Program-made: the position numbers and the translations under genes
In this document: piece by piece, positions 31,199-43,299 of the stretch
Layout of the letters: each line of letters opens with the position of its first letter
Position numbering within the stretch: the first letter of the stretch is position 1
The notes under the pieces: generated by a model
The model's database searches: none
What the model saw: only the letters and a program-made list of their open reading frames with translations
What the model was told of the DNA's origin: nothing
DNA from: an uncultured delta proteobacterium
Lineage (GTDB): Bacteria; Desulfobacterota; Binatia; UBA9968
DNA length: 64,000 bases
Direction: 5' to 3'
Assembly: GCA_963728565.1 (NCBI GenBank)
Contig: CAVSLC010000021.1
Span: forward strand, 32,001-96,000

Positions 31199-32425
31199 AT
31201 GAAACTGCCTATTTACATGGACAATCACGCCACTACACCGGTGGACCCAAGGGTTATCGGGACGATGTTGCCGTTTTTTACAGAGAAGTTCGGCAATGCT
31301 TCAAGCCGTAATCACGTGTTCGGCTGGGACAGTGAAGCGGCAGTCGACCGCGCGCGCGAGCACGTCGCCTGTTTAATTCATGCGGCATCGCCACGGGAGA
31401 TAGTTTTTACCAGCGGTGCCACGGAGTCGGACAATATTGCGATCAAAGGGATCGCCGAAGCATATGCCGAGAAGGGCAACCACATCGTTACCTGCGCAAT
31501 CGAACACAAGGCGGTGCTGGACAGTTGCAAGAGTCTGGAGAGAAAAGGTTATCAAGTAACCTATTTACCGGTGCGGGCAAATGGCTTGATCGATCTGGAT
31601 AGGCTCCGGAGTGCTCTTACCGATAAGACGATTCTCATCTCGATAATGGCTGCCAACAATGAGATCGGTACTATCGAACCGGTGCGGGAGATTGGCAAAA
31701 TCGCTAAGGAAAAGGGAATTTTGTTTCATACGGATGCGACCCAGGCGGTGGGCAAGATTCCACTGAATGTCGAAGAGATGGGCATCGACCTGCTTTCGCT
31801 TACCGCGCACAAAATCTACGGTCCCAAGGGCGTAGGAGCACTGTACGTCCGATCGTCGAAGCCGCGGGTTAAACTCATTCCGCTGATCGAAGGCGGCGGG
31901 CAGGAACTGGGTATCCGGTCAGGCACCCTCAATGTCCCGGGGATTGTCGGGCTCGGCAAGGCTTGTGAGATCGCGCAAGAAGATATGATGGCCGACGGCG
32001 AGCGTCTGACCGGATTGAGTCAGCGATTGAAGGCCCAGATCGTCGGCCAGCTAAACGAGGTAAGTGTCAATGGTGATTCGTTACAGCGATTGCCTGGGAA
32101 CTTGCACTTGAGCTTTGCCTATATAGAGGGTGAATCGTTGTTGATGGGGCTTAAGGATATTGCGGTCTCGACGGGTTCCGCGTGCACTTCGGCAAGCCTG
32201 GAACCTTCCCACGTCTTGCGCGCGATTGGCTTGGAGGAGCATTTGGCCCATTCTTCGATTCGTTTTGGTTTAGGCCGGTTCAACACCGAAGAAGAAGTTG
32301 ATTACACGGCGCGCCGGGTGGTTGAGGAAGTGCGCCGGTTGCGGGAGCTATCGCCTATTCTTCGTTCTAGAAAAGCGAAAACGAAAGGTCAGGCGAATTC
32401 CCACTCACAGGAGCGTGCCTCCTAG
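31199..32425 (+). CDS. iscS: Cysteine desulfurase, IscS type
   Basis: [33 protein letters not shown]. Confidence 0.94.
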   Translation: MKLPIYMDNHATTPVDPRVIGTMLPFFTEKFGNASSRNHVFGWDSEAAVDRAREHVACLIHAASPREIVFTSGATESDNIAIKGIAEAYAEKGNHIVTCAIEHKAVLDSCKSLERKGYQVTYLPVRANGLIDLDRLRSALTDKTILISIMAANNEIGTIEPVREIGKIAKEKGILFHTDATQAVGKIPLNVEEMGIDLLSLTAHKIYGPKGVGALYVRSSKPRVKLIPLIEGGGQELGIRSGTLNVPGIVGLGKACEIAQEDMMADGERLTGLSQRLKAQIVGQLNEVSVNGDSLQRLPGNLHLSFAYIEGESLLMGLKDIAVSTGSACTSASLEPSHVLRAIGLEEHLAHSSIRFGLGRFNTEEEVDYTARRVVEEVRRLRELSPILRSRKAKTKGQANSHSQERAS

Positions 32426-32451
32426 TCGGTCTAGACAGGAGAGATGGATGT

Positions 32452-32781
32452 ATGGCTGCAGGAATTAGTGTCACCGATCGTGCAGCGGCACGTATCAAAG
32501 AATTGGTTACTGCCGAAAACCGTCAAGGGCAGGGGCTCAGAGTCAAAGTCGTTGGCGGCGGCTGCTCGGGACTCCAATATAAGGTAGATTTCGATCTCGC
32601 CAAGGGCTCCGATAAGATCTTCGAGAAAGATGGAGCACAGGTGCTGGTCGACATGAAGAGCCTGCTTTACCTCACCGGCACAGAGCTCGACTATAAAGAA
32701 GAATTGATGCAATCAGGATTTGTTTTTCAAAATCCCAATGTCAAAAAGGCCTGCGGTTGCGGCGCCTCTTTTACAGTTTGA
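32452..32781 (+). CDS. iscA: A-type Fe-S carrier (IscA/ErpA/HesB family)
   Basis: GGGCSG and CGCGASF. Confidence 0.9.
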   Translation: MAAGISVTDRAAARIKELVTAENRQGQGLRVKVVGGGCSGLQYKVDFDLAKGSDKIFEKDGAQVLVDMKSLLYLTGTELDYKEELMQSGFVFQNPNVKKACGCGASFTV

Positions 32782-32815
32782 AACGTAAAATAATGGTGTT
32801 TGTACAGGAAATTCT

Positions 32816-34279
32816 ATGATGAAAAGCGCTAACGATACGCTAGAGGAACTAGCCGGGCGCGAGTATAAATACGGGTTCATCACCGACATCGAGTCCGATA
32901 CCGTACCACCAGGTTTGAACGAGGATATCATCCGGGTAATTTCGGCAAAGAAGAATGAACCCGAATTCATGTTGGAGTGGCGCCTAAAAGCATACCGGCA
33001 CTGGGCTAAATTAGAGAAAACCCAGGCCGAACCGAAATGGGCGATGGTTCATTACCCGGCCATAGACTATCAGTCGATAAGCTATTATTCAGCGCCAAAA
33101 AACAAAGGCGATGCTCCGAAGAGTTTGGCGGAAGTCGATCCCGAACTTCTGAATACTTATGAAAAACTCGGTATTCCGCTTCGGGAGCAAGAGCGTCTTG
33201 CCGGAGTTGCAGTGGACGCAGTGTTTGACAGTGTTTCTGTGGCGACGACTTTCAAGGGAAAATTGGCCGAGATGGGGGTGATTTTCTGCTCTTTCTCAGA
33301 GGCCCTGCAGAACCACCCGGACTTGGTTCAGAAGTATCTAGGGTCGGTGGTCCCCTACACAGATAACTTTTTTGCCGCTCTGAATTCCGCCGTTTTCACC
33401 GATGGATCGTTTTGTTATATCCCGAAGGGTGTGCGCTGTCCGATGGAACTGTCGACCTACTTCCGGATTAACGCCGCCGAGACCGGGCAGTTCGAGCGTA
33501 CTCTGATTATTGCCGAGGAACGAGCGTCAGTCAGCTATCTTGAAGGTTGCACGGCGCCCATGCGCGACAAAAATCAACTCCACGCAGCTGTGGTTGAGTT
33601 AGTGGCTCACGACGATGCCCAAATCAAGTATTCTACAGTTCAAAACTGGTATCCAGGCGATGCGCAGGGCCGCGGCGGTATTTACAACTTCGTTACTAAA
33701 CGTGGCAAATGCCTTGGGAAGCGTTCGAAGATTTCATGGACTCAAGTGGAAACGGGATCGGCGATTACTTGGAAGTATCCAAGCTGTTTGCTTCAAGGCG
33801 ATGATTCGGTGGGGGAATTCTATTCCGTTGCCTTGACCAATAACTATCAGCAAGCAGATACCGGCACCAAAATGATTCATATCGGTAAAAACACCAAGAG
33901 CACGATCGTATCGAAAGGTCTCTCCGCGGGCCATGGACAGAATACCTACCGCGGCTTGGTCAAGATAATGAAAGGCGCCACCGGAGCGCGGAACTATTCG
34001 CAATGTGATTCGTTATTGCTTGGGGATAAGTGCGGTGCGCATACCTTTCCCTACTTGGAAGTTTTAAATAGTACGTCCCAAGTGGAGCACGAGGCATCCA
34101 CTTCAAAAATCGGCGAAGATCAGCTGTTTTACTGCCGGCAACGAGGGATCTCCACCGAAGATGCGGTCAATCTGATTGTCAGCGGATTTTGCAAGCAGGT
34201 ATTCCGCGAGTTGCCGATGGAGTTTGCGGTTGAAGCTCAGAAGCTTCTCGGCGTCAGCCTGGAAGGCAGCGTTGGCTGA
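32816..34279 (+). CDS. sufB: Fe-S scaffold SufB
   Basis: [33 protein letters not shown]. Confidence 0.98.
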   Translation: MMKSANDTLEELAGREYKYGFITDIESDTVPPGLNEDIIRVISAKKNEPEFMLEWRLKAYRHWAKLEKTQAEPKWAMVHYPAIDYQSISYYSAPKNKGDAPKSLAEVDPELLNTYEKLGIPLREQERLAGVAVDAVFDSVSVATTFKGKLAEMGVIFCSFSEALQNHPDLVQKYLGSVVPYTDNFFAALNSAVFTDGSFCYIPKGVRCPMELSTYFRINAAETGQFERTLIIAEERASVSYLEGCTAPMRDKNQLHAAVVELVAHDDAQIKYSTVQNWYPGDAQGRGGIYNFVTKRGKCLGKRSKISWTQVETGSAITWKYPSCLLQGDDSVGEFYSVALTNNYQQADTGTKMIHIGKNTKSTIVSKGLSAGHGQNTYRGLVKIMKGATGARNYSQCDSLLLGDKCGAHTFPYLEVLNSTSQVEHEASTSKIGEDQLFYCRQRGISTEDAVNLIVSGFCKQVFRELPMEFAVEAQKLLGVSLEGSVG

Positions 34280-34305
34280 ATAGCGGTCCGCTCGGTGGGT
34301 GAACG

Positions 34306-35538
34306 ATGACAAGCGAGATATACTTCGACAATAACGCGACCACCCGGGTCAGGCCTGAGGTCTTTGAGGCTATGGCCCCGTATTATGCCGAGTTCTACGG
34401 CAACCCGTCGAGCATCCACCGTTTCGGCAACCAAGTCAGCGAGCGCCTTAGCGAAGCCCGAGTACAAGTCGCAAGTTTGATCGGTGCCGCCGATCCTGTG
34501 GAGGTGATTTTCACCAGCTGCGGTACCGAGGGGGATAACGCGGCAATTCGCGGCCTGCTTGAGATGCGGCCCGAAAAGCGCCAGATCATCACTACTCAGG
34601 TTGAACATCCAGCGATTTTGGGGCTCTGCCAGCACCTTGAGAAGAAAGGCTACCGAGTCACTTGGCTTGGTGTGGACCAGGATGGAATGCTGGATCTGGA
34701 TGAGCTGCGCGAGGCCTTAACCGACGAGACCGCTTTGGTCTCAATAATGTTTGCCAACAACGAAACCGGCGTAATCTTTCCGATTGAGCAAATCGGCGAG
34801 ATCGTAAAAAGCAAGGGAGTCCCGTTTCACGTCGATGCGGTGCAAGCGGCGGGCAAGCTGGCTCTCGACGTAAGGAACAGTCCGGTCGATCTTATGACCC
34901 TCTCGGCGCATAAATTTCATGGGCCCAAGGGCGTTGGTGCTCTTTACGTTCGGCGCGGCATAACCTTTCCGCCGTTTATCATCGGTGGACATCAGGAGCG
35001 CAGCAGGCGCGCCGGAACGGAAAATGTTGCCGGTATTGTCGGCATGGGCAAGGCGGCGGAATTGGCTCTTAAGAGTCAAAAGGAGGATTCAGCAAGGATC
35101 GGCGCTCTGCGCGACCAATTGCAGAATTCGTTGCTCGAATCCTGTCCGAACGCTCGGGTCAACGGCGACAAGGTAAAACGACTGCCCAACACCTTGAATA
35201 TCAGTTTCAGGTATTTAGAAGGAGAATCGATTTTGGTGCTGCTTGATCAGCATGGAATTTGCGCCTCAACCGGTTCTGCTTGTACCGCCGGCTCCTCCGA
35301 GCCGTCGCATGTTCTGCGCGCCATGAGGACGCCAGCCGATTGGCTGCAAGGCGCGGTTCGGTTTAGCTTGAGCCGGTTTAATACAGAAGACGAGGTTCAA
35401 TTTATCAACGAAAAGATGCCTTCAATCGTCAAAAGGCTAGAGGGACTGTCTGCATTGGGGAAATTGGCCATCCAACAACGGAATCAGACGCCAGGCTCAG
35501 ACAATCCAGCGGCATCGGAGCAAGGGGGTAGGCTATGA
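34306..35538 (+). CDS. nifS: Cysteine desulfurase, NifS type
   Basis: YFDNNATT, FTSCGTE, HKFHGPKG, GSACTAGSSEPSHVL. Confidence 0.88.
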   Translation: MTSEIYFDNNATTRVRPEVFEAMAPYYAEFYGNPSSIHRFGNQVSERLSEARVQVASLIGAADPVEVIFTSCGTEGDNAAIRGLLEMRPEKRQIITTQVEHPAILGLCQHLEKKGYRVTWLGVDQDGMLDLDELREALTDETALVSIMFANNETGVIFPIEQIGEIVKSKGVPFHVDAVQAAGKLALDVRNSPVDLMTLSAHKFHGPKGVGALYVRRGITFPPFIIGGHQERSRRAGTENVAGIVGMGKAAELALKSQKEDSARIGALRDQLQNSLLESCPNARVNGDKVKRLPNTLNISFRYLEGESILVLLDQHGICASTGSACTAGSSEPSHVLRAMRTPADWLQGAVRFSLSRFNTEDEVQFINEKMPSIVKRLEGLSALGKLAIQQRNQTPGSDNPAASEQGGRL

Positions 35539-36032
35539 GCCTGATGCAGATTCCTCGACGGGTGGACTACGGGTTGCGCGCGATTATCTATCTCTCAACT
35601 CAGGATCCAGAGAAATGCTGTTCAATTGCGGAAATTGCCCGGCAGCAGAATGTGCCCAAAAAGTTTTTGGAGAAAATCATTCAAGATCTTATGCGGCGTG
35701 GGTTGATCAGATCTAAACGTGGCGCGTGCGGCGGCTATACACTCGCCCGGTTGCCGGATCAGATATCGTTTTATGACGTAATCGAGGCGCTTGAAGGGCC
35801 AATCGCGGTCAATGTATGTATGAATGAGGAGCTCAGCTGCGATCAGCTGCCCCGATGCGCTATGGTGGGAGTTTGGAGCGAAATTCAACAGAAGGTGACG
35901 GAGGTGTTTACCCGAACAACTTTAGCGGATTTACGGCGTACCCCATGTCGGGATAACTCTGAGCGTCTCTTCTCTCTCAAGCGCGGCGTAATCAGGTCCC
36001 AAACTTGGACATGGAAGCAGGTCGTAACCTAA
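35535..36032 (+). CDS. Rrf2-family regulator (IscR-like, three C-terminal Cys)
   Basis: DYGLRA, wHTH, SKRGACGGY; C-X6-C-X5-C. Confidence 0.92.
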   Translation: MSLMQIPRRVDYGLRAIIYLSTQDPEKCCSIAEIARQQNVPKKFLEKIIQDLMRRGLIRSKRGACGGYTLARLPDQISFYDVIEALEGPIAVNVCMNEELSCDQLPRCAMVGVWSEIQQKVTEVFTRTTLADLRRTPCRDNSERLFSLKRGVIRSQTWTWKQVVT

Positions 36033-36047
36033 AGGGAGGTGATAGTT

Positions 36048-36506
36048 ATGAGCTATGATACCGGACTAAGTATGGAGGAAAGGGTGACTTCGCTGTTCCA
36101 GCCGGACACTTTGATGCCAGAACAGTATTTGGAAACTTTCCGCCGGAAGCTTTATCTCGAGCCCGAGAAAAAGCTCTTGCTCGCGGTTCTTGAGGACGCC
36201 ATTGCTTGCTTTCAGAAGTACCTGTTAGCCAAGGACGGTAAGGGGAGAGTTCTATTTCTCGAAGCCGAAGAATGGATTTTGGACGAAGATACCGATTGGC
36301 TTTTCTCATTTGCAAACGTTTGCGAGATGCTCGGTTTCGAGCCCAGTTATCTTCGCGACGGGCTGATGCACTGGAAAGCCGACAAGCTCGAGAGTCATTC
36401 CAAGGCCAAGATCTATCAAATCGCCGCACGAACAACTCGCCAAAAAAGAGAAGTTTCAGCCTCGCGCAGATCGACTCAGCGAATGCGTAAAGCCGCAAGC
36501 CGTTAG
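36048..36506 (+). CDS. Hypothetical protein
   Basis: GGGAGGT RBS, followed by a terminator; PEKKLLLAVLEDA...EAEEW...FSF..VCE.LG motif. Confidence 0.8.
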   Translation: MSYDTGLSMEERVTSLFQPDTLMPEQYLETFRRKLYLEPEKKLLLAVLEDAIACFQKYLLAKDGKGRVLFLEAEEWILDEDTDWLFSFANVCEMLGFEPSYLRDGLMHWKADKLESHSKAKIYQIAARTTRQKREVSASRRSTQRMRKAASR

Positions 36507-36535
36507 CCGGCGGTTTCAAATAGGTTGGATAATTT

Positions 36536-36571
36536 AAGGCGGTGAATGCCCCGGGTGTTCACCGCCTTTTT
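36536..36571 (+). terminator. Intrinsic terminator
   Basis: AAGGCGGTGAA...TTCACCGCCTTTTT. Confidence 0.85.
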
Positions 36572-36588
36572 AGTGTGTCCGCCCTGGC

Positions 36589-37629
36589 TTGCAAAGCTGG
36601 GAGAACGCATTCATAACTCTTTCCATGAAGCGTCGACGATCAAAAAAACGTTCGGCTCTAAGCCAATTTTTTTATAACCTGAGATATGGACTTGGCGCTT
36701 ACGTTTTGCGGGTCTTCATTCTCGTACTGGGTCGGTTGCCGGATCGTATGGTGGTTACCGCTGCAACTTTTTGGGCGTGGATCACGCATAAGCTGCTGTG
36801 GAAGTATCGGATTCGGATGGAGGAGAATATTGCTACTGTGGCCGGTGATCGTTTTCCGGACAAAGCTGAACGGAAGGCAATGGTGTGGCGCGTTTGGAAG
36901 AGCTTTACACGCGGGCTCTTTGAGGCCGGTGCTTTAATTGATTCTCCAAAGGAAGCAATTATTGCAAAAGTCCGAGTCGAAGGCGAACAACATCTGCGTG
37001 ATGCCCTGGCGCGAAGAAGAGGCGTGCTTGCTTTAAGCGCACACTTGGGCAATTTCGCTATCATAGGCGCCCGGTTGGCCGCGGCGGGTTATCCGTTCAG
37101 TGTTGTAGTGAAACACCCAAGCGATGAGCAATTCGCACAGCTAATCACCAGATACCGGGCGCAAGTAGGAATTGACACAATTTCGGCTAAGCCGCGGCGG
37201 GAAGCGGCGCGCGGCATTCTCCAAGCGTTGCGCGAAAATCGAATCGTACTGGTCATTGCCGATGAGTTCAAATCCGGCGAGATCACAGTTGAATTTATGG
37301 GGCAAAACTTACCTGCGCCCCGAGGTCCGGCGACTCTGGCATTGCGCGCCGGGGCGGTAACCTTGCCGATGTTTGCCACCCGCCAGCCCGATGGCTCAAT
37401 CGTTCTTGCGATTGGCCGCGCCATTAAAGCCGTGCGTGGAGAGAGCCTGGAGGAAACGATCACGGCAACGACGGCGCTATACACGCGCCATCTTGAGAAA
37501 GTTATTCTCCGTTATCCCGATCAGTGGAGTTGGCTCGGCTTTCCGCGAAAACGCAGAGTCGTGGGCTCCGGGATGTTGAATTTACGAGCATCGACAAGCG
37601 ACGTAAATGTCAGTCGTGGAGCGTCGTGA
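36589..37629 (+). CDS. Lipid A-type lysophospholipid acyltransferase (LpxL family)
   Basis: AHLGNF, YPDQWSW; start uncertain (ATG 36625 likely). Confidence 0.82.
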   Translation: MQSWENAFITLSMKRRRSKKRSALSQFFYNLRYGLGAYVLRVFILVLGRLPDRMVVTAATFWAWITHKLLWKYRIRMEENIATVAGDRFPDKAERKAMVWRVWKSFTRGLFEAGALIDSPKEAIIAKVRVEGEQHLRDALARRRGVLALSAHLGNFAIIGARLAAAGYPFSVVVKHPSDEQFAQLITRYRAQVGIDTISAKPRREAARGILQALRENRIVLVIADEFKSGEITVEFMGQNLPAPRGPATLALRAGAVTLPMFATRQPDGSIVLAIGRAIKAVRGESLEETITATTALYTRHLEKVILRYPDQWSWLGFPRKRRVVGSGMLNLRASTSDVNVSRGAS

Positions 37630-37655
37630 TTGCTTGGGGGTCGGTGAGCGGGAGA

Positions 37656-38258
37656 TCACACTTTGGAGTCGAAGCCAGGGCTCAATATCGCTTTGTTCTC
37701 GGTTCGCTCCAGGTAACGCATGAACAGATATTTGTTCTCTAATTCGTCAAGCTTCAACGACGGCAAGGTTTTCGGCTGTCCGGGATCCACCTTAACCGCA
37801 ATCAACGTGAGGCGGTTACCCTGCCATGCCTCGAGAAATTCCGCTCTAAACTCCGCCGGCGTATGGACCCAGCAGGCATGTGGGTATCCCGCTCCTTGGG
37901 CCAGTGACACGGCATCGGCAACGTGAGAAGCGGTTGCAGTACCGCCGGAGGCTTCATAAACCCCGTTATCGAAAAGCAGATGGATCAGATTCGGCGGATT
38001 TTGTAGAGCAATGGTTGGCAGTCCGCACAGATTCATCAGAAAAGCACCGTCGCCGTCAATTGCGATGACTTTTCGATGGGGCAATGCCAAGGCGAGCCCG
38101 GCGGCGATCGAAGAGACTAACCCCAGTGTGCGTGTTTTGAGATTGCCGTCGCTGGGTCTAAGCGCCCACCACTCTCGCGCGCCCCATCCCGTGCACACCG
38201 TCAACGCGTCGCCGGTATCGCCGCCAATAACCCTCAGATAGTCATACCGTTGCATCAT
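37656..38258 (-). CDS. ThDP-dependent decarboxylase beta subunit (ComE/phosphonopyruvate decarboxylase-like)
   Basis: GDGAFLMN...DN ThDP motif; translationally coupled to the alpha subunit. Confidence 0.85.
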   Translation of the reverse strand: MMQRYDYLRVIGGDTGDALTVCTGWGAREWWALRPSDGNLKTRTLGLVSSIAAGLALALPHRKVIAIDGDGAFLMNLCGLPTIALQNPPNLIHLLFDNGVYEASGGTATASHVADAVSLAQGAGYPHACWVHTPAEFRAEFLEAWQGNRLTLIAVKVDPGQPKTLPSLKLDELENKYLFMRYLERTENKAILSPGFDSKV

Positions 38259-38767
38259 TTCACTCCCAGCACGCTCTTGGTTAAGAGCACCGCAACCGGT
38301 CTTTTTGAATCCTCGGCGAGGACCGCCGCGCCGGCGATGGTTTCGTCGACCTCGTCAGTCCGGCGCAGGGTGTATGAGCGAATGCCCAACGCCTGAAGCA
38401 CCGGTTCGGTGACCGCGCCCAGAGTGGTAAAGCCGCGATCGCCGATATCGCCGGCATAGTAAATCAACAGCACAATCGGTATCTGAAACTGCAAACAAGT
38501 GGTGGTCAGGGCGTTGCAGCTGTTCAAGAAGCCAGCATTCTGCATGATGATCGCGGTTTTCCGCCCAGCTAAATAGGCGCCCGCACAGATGCCAATACCC
38601 TCTTCCTCGCGGCACAGCGGAATGTGCCGAAGCTCTGGATCGCTTTCGACCGTCCGAATCAAGTCAAGCATCTTTTCATCCGGCAAGGTGGCGACGAAAT
38701 CAATGCCGGCTTGCTTGAGTCCCCCGACAAGTGCCAGCGCAGATCGTTTAGGATCCATTTTCTCCAT
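38255..38767 (-). CDS. ThDP-dependent decarboxylase alpha subunit (ComD-like)
   Basis: REEEGIGICAGAYLAG, MQNAG. Confidence 0.85.
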   Translation of the reverse strand: MEKMDPKRSALALVGGLKQAGIDFVATLPDEKMLDLIRTVESDPELRHIPLCREEEGIGICAGAYLAGRKTAIIMQNAGFLNSCNALTTTCLQFQIPIVLLIYYAGDIGDRGFTTLGAVTEPVLQALGIRSYTLRRTDEVDETIAGAAVLAEDSKRPVAVLLTKSVLGVK

Positions 38768-38913
38768 TAGACGAGACCTTTTCCATTAGAGATGGGTAAG
38801 TGCAGCCGATTGTCGATCATGTATCCGGATCTATGAACAGTGAGCTACACCGGGACGAGATACTGCGTGTCCTCACTCTTGTCAAGGTGGGCGGTGAATT
38901 GCCGCAGCCTGTC

Positions 38914-38941
38914 TTGACACAACCGAAGTAGTCCCTATAGT
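38914..38941 (+). promoter_or_regulatory. sigma70-type promoter upstream of pcm
   Basis: TTGACA, 16 nt, TATAGT. Confidence 0.55.
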
Positions 38942-39067
38942 GAAGTCGCTTTCTGAAACATCAACTCCGCGAGCACTGCGTCGCGGTATCACTCAAAGCA
39001 CGTGTCCTGTCGAGCTTGCAGTTTCCTCGATTGCCCCGATCCCGACGTGGACGAGGAGTGTCGTTGT

Positions 39068-39829
39068 ATGGCAGTGAGAAAGCTTGAACCTCGCTCTTCT
39101 GTCGGCCTTTACTGCCTCTGTTTCTTATTCGTCGCATCATCGTCTTTAATGCTCGGACTCGAGGATTTAGCGCCGGGCGAAGATCCAGAAACGATCTTTC
39201 GCGAAGCGCGCCGGACCATGATCGAACGGGACATCGCCCGGCGCGGCATCAAAGACCAGCGACTCCTTAAGGTAATGGCGACTCTGCCGCGCCATCTATT
39301 CGTGCCGGAAGAAATGCGCTCCTCCGCCTACCACGACCGGCCGCTGCCGATTGGCGCTGGCCAAACCATCTCCCAGCCTTACATCGTGGCATTCATGACC
39401 GAGCTACTGGAACTAAAAGGAGGCGAACGAGTTCTGGAAATCGGCACCGGCTCGGGCTATCAAGCGGCGGTGCTTGCCGCTTTAGCGGAGGAAGTTTTCT
39501 CCGTTGAGATTGTTGCGGGGCTTAGCGCTCGGGCCGAAAGGACTCTTCAGCAGCTGGGTATTCAAAACGTAAAATTAAGAGTCGGCAATGGTTTTCACGG
39601 GTGGGCAGAGGAGGCACCGTTCGATGCCATTATGATTACTGCGGCGGCAGCCAAAATTCCCTCGCCTCTCTGGAATCAGCTCCGTGAGGGCGGCGTCTTA
39701 ATTATGCCGTTAGGTAAGGAAGGCCACACCCAGCAATTAATTCGCGCCAGAAAGATCGGCGGCCGACAGGTCATAGAAGAGCACAGCGCGGTTATTTTCG
39801 TACCGTTGACGGGCGGGACTCAGCAGTAG
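39068..39829 (+). CDS. pcm: Protein-L-isoaspartate O-methyltransferase
   Basis: GQTISQP, VLEIGTGSGYQAA, PFDAI, FVPL; GAGGAG RBS before ATG 39068. Confidence 0.95.
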   Translation: MAVRKLEPRSSVGLYCLCFLFVASSSLMLGLEDLAPGEDPETIFREARRTMIERDIARRGIKDQRLLKVMATLPRHLFVPEEMRSSAYHDRPLPIGAGQTISQPYIVAFMTELLELKGGERVLEIGTGSGYQAAVLAALAEEVFSVEIVAGLSARAERTLQQLGIQNVKLRVGNGFHGWAEEAPFDAIMITAAAAKIPSPLWNQLREGGVLIMPLGKEGHTQQLIRARKIGGRQVIEEHSAVIFVPLTGGTQQ

Positions 39830-40163
39830 GGTCTTCGTTGACTAAATTGCGCCGGCCCTTGTCAGGGTTAGACTTGGGAAAACGGTAGATGATTTCGCCC
39901 GGACGCACCAGGTTCAGTTCCTCGCGAGCTAATTTTTCGAGATAGTGGTTGTCGTTGCGGATGCGTGAAACCCGCTGCCGCAAAGCTTCGTTTTCCTTCT
40001 GTAAACGATAATTTTGCTCGTCAATTCTGCTTTTCTCGCCGCGTAACCGCCACAGATGAATCGCGCCGCGCTCACTAACGACCGTGACCACCGCAAGCAG
40101 TAAAATCAGACCGCCTAGGAAGTAGAGAAGGTGACGTTGCGCAATGTGAAATGGTAATGTCAT
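39792..40163 (-). CDS. ftsB: Septum formation initiator (FtsB/DivIC)
   Basis: TM, coiled coil, YLEKLAREELNLVRPGE. Confidence 0.85.
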   Translation of the reverse strand: MTLPFHIAQRHLLYFLGGLILLLAVVTVVSERGAIHLWRLRGEKSRIDEQNYRLQKENEALRQRVSRIRNDNHYLEKLAREELNLVRPGEIIYRFPKSNPDKGRRNLVNEDPTAESRPSTVRK

Positions 40164-40175
40164 GGCCGGCGATAA

Positions 40176-42261
<2,086 letters not shown>

Positions 42262-42913
42262 TTGAGGCATTCTTCAGCTCTAACGCCATAAATGCTTCAC
42301 CGGCGCCGTATTCATTTTGCAATCCGAAAAGATCCGCACTTCTAAAGCCGAACCGGCGGTAATACTCAGGCTCGCCAAGCACGACAACGAATCCAGCGCC
42401 GAGACGCTCGCAGGCACGCAGGCCTTCACCGACCAGTTGGGCACCTAGGCCGCGTCGCTGCAGCGCCGGAACGATTGACAGCGGAGCTAGCCCCAATCCT
42501 GTTGAATTAGCTACGGACCCGGCGATCGCTACCTGACTGAACCCAATATGGCCGACGATTACACCAGCGATTTCCGCTATCAAGGATAGCCGTAGCCGTT
42601 GATGTTTGCGCAAAAGCTCGACGAGTCGCGACTCCTGGTCCGTCGGGAAGGCGGACCTAAGAACATGATCGATGGCAACTGCGTCGTTGGGCTGCTCGAG
42701 TCGGACAATGGCGTTCATGGACAAATAGTGACCCTCAGTCAGCTCAGAGCCTGAAGACAATCAGGAAGGCTCGTCGAAGCTGTAAGGCAGTGCTGATCTT
42801 TCACTCTCTAATCGTAATCGTACATCCCTGAGGCTGCTGGAGTTGATATCGAAAGGATACGTATTCGGTATCTATAATCCGGTGAACGGACGATTTGTTC
42901 CAGGTGTCAGGTT

Positions 42914-43299
42914 TTACCATGTGCGATTGATGAATTTCGAATATGGCGCGCCGATCCTTTTTGCAAGGCCGCGCGGTGCTATGAAAATCGCTAGCCGCCC
43001 GAGTTTAAGCTGAGCCAAAGCGGCTTGCCTTCTTGATCTGCTTTCGCGCTCTCTTTATAAAACCTTTGGGCGTCCGAGGCGGGACGCCGGTAAGTAGACG
43101 TTCCTTTGACCATAACGATCTATTCGTAAACGTCGCGATGGATGTTGAGGTAATCGCCCGGGCGGATCATTCGGCTCGGATTGGCGGGGAGGCGCCGTTC
43201 AGCGCAAATTTGTCGCCCGCTACCGCCTCAGCGGCGAGCGGCGCGTTGTGAAAAAGCGCGCCGCCCAAAGCCACTTGTCGATTCTGACCGTTTTGCTAT
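42914..43299 (-). pseudogene. hslR: Ribosome-associated heat shock protein Hsp15 pseudogene
   Basis: Manual translation across frames: VRIDKWLWAARFF...RPGD...YE*IV...RRPASDAQ..Y.ES...KKDRRAI; frameshifts plus an in-frame TAG. Confidence 0.85.

Noticed and set aside
34306-35538. Nitrogen fixation implied by the nifS-like gene
   Set aside because: No nifHDK or nifU nearby; NifS-type desulfurases are common in non-diazotrophs
38942-39067. Possible structured leader or 6S-like RNA before pcm
   Set aside because: Only one short hairpin (CCGCGA/TCGCGG); insufficient support
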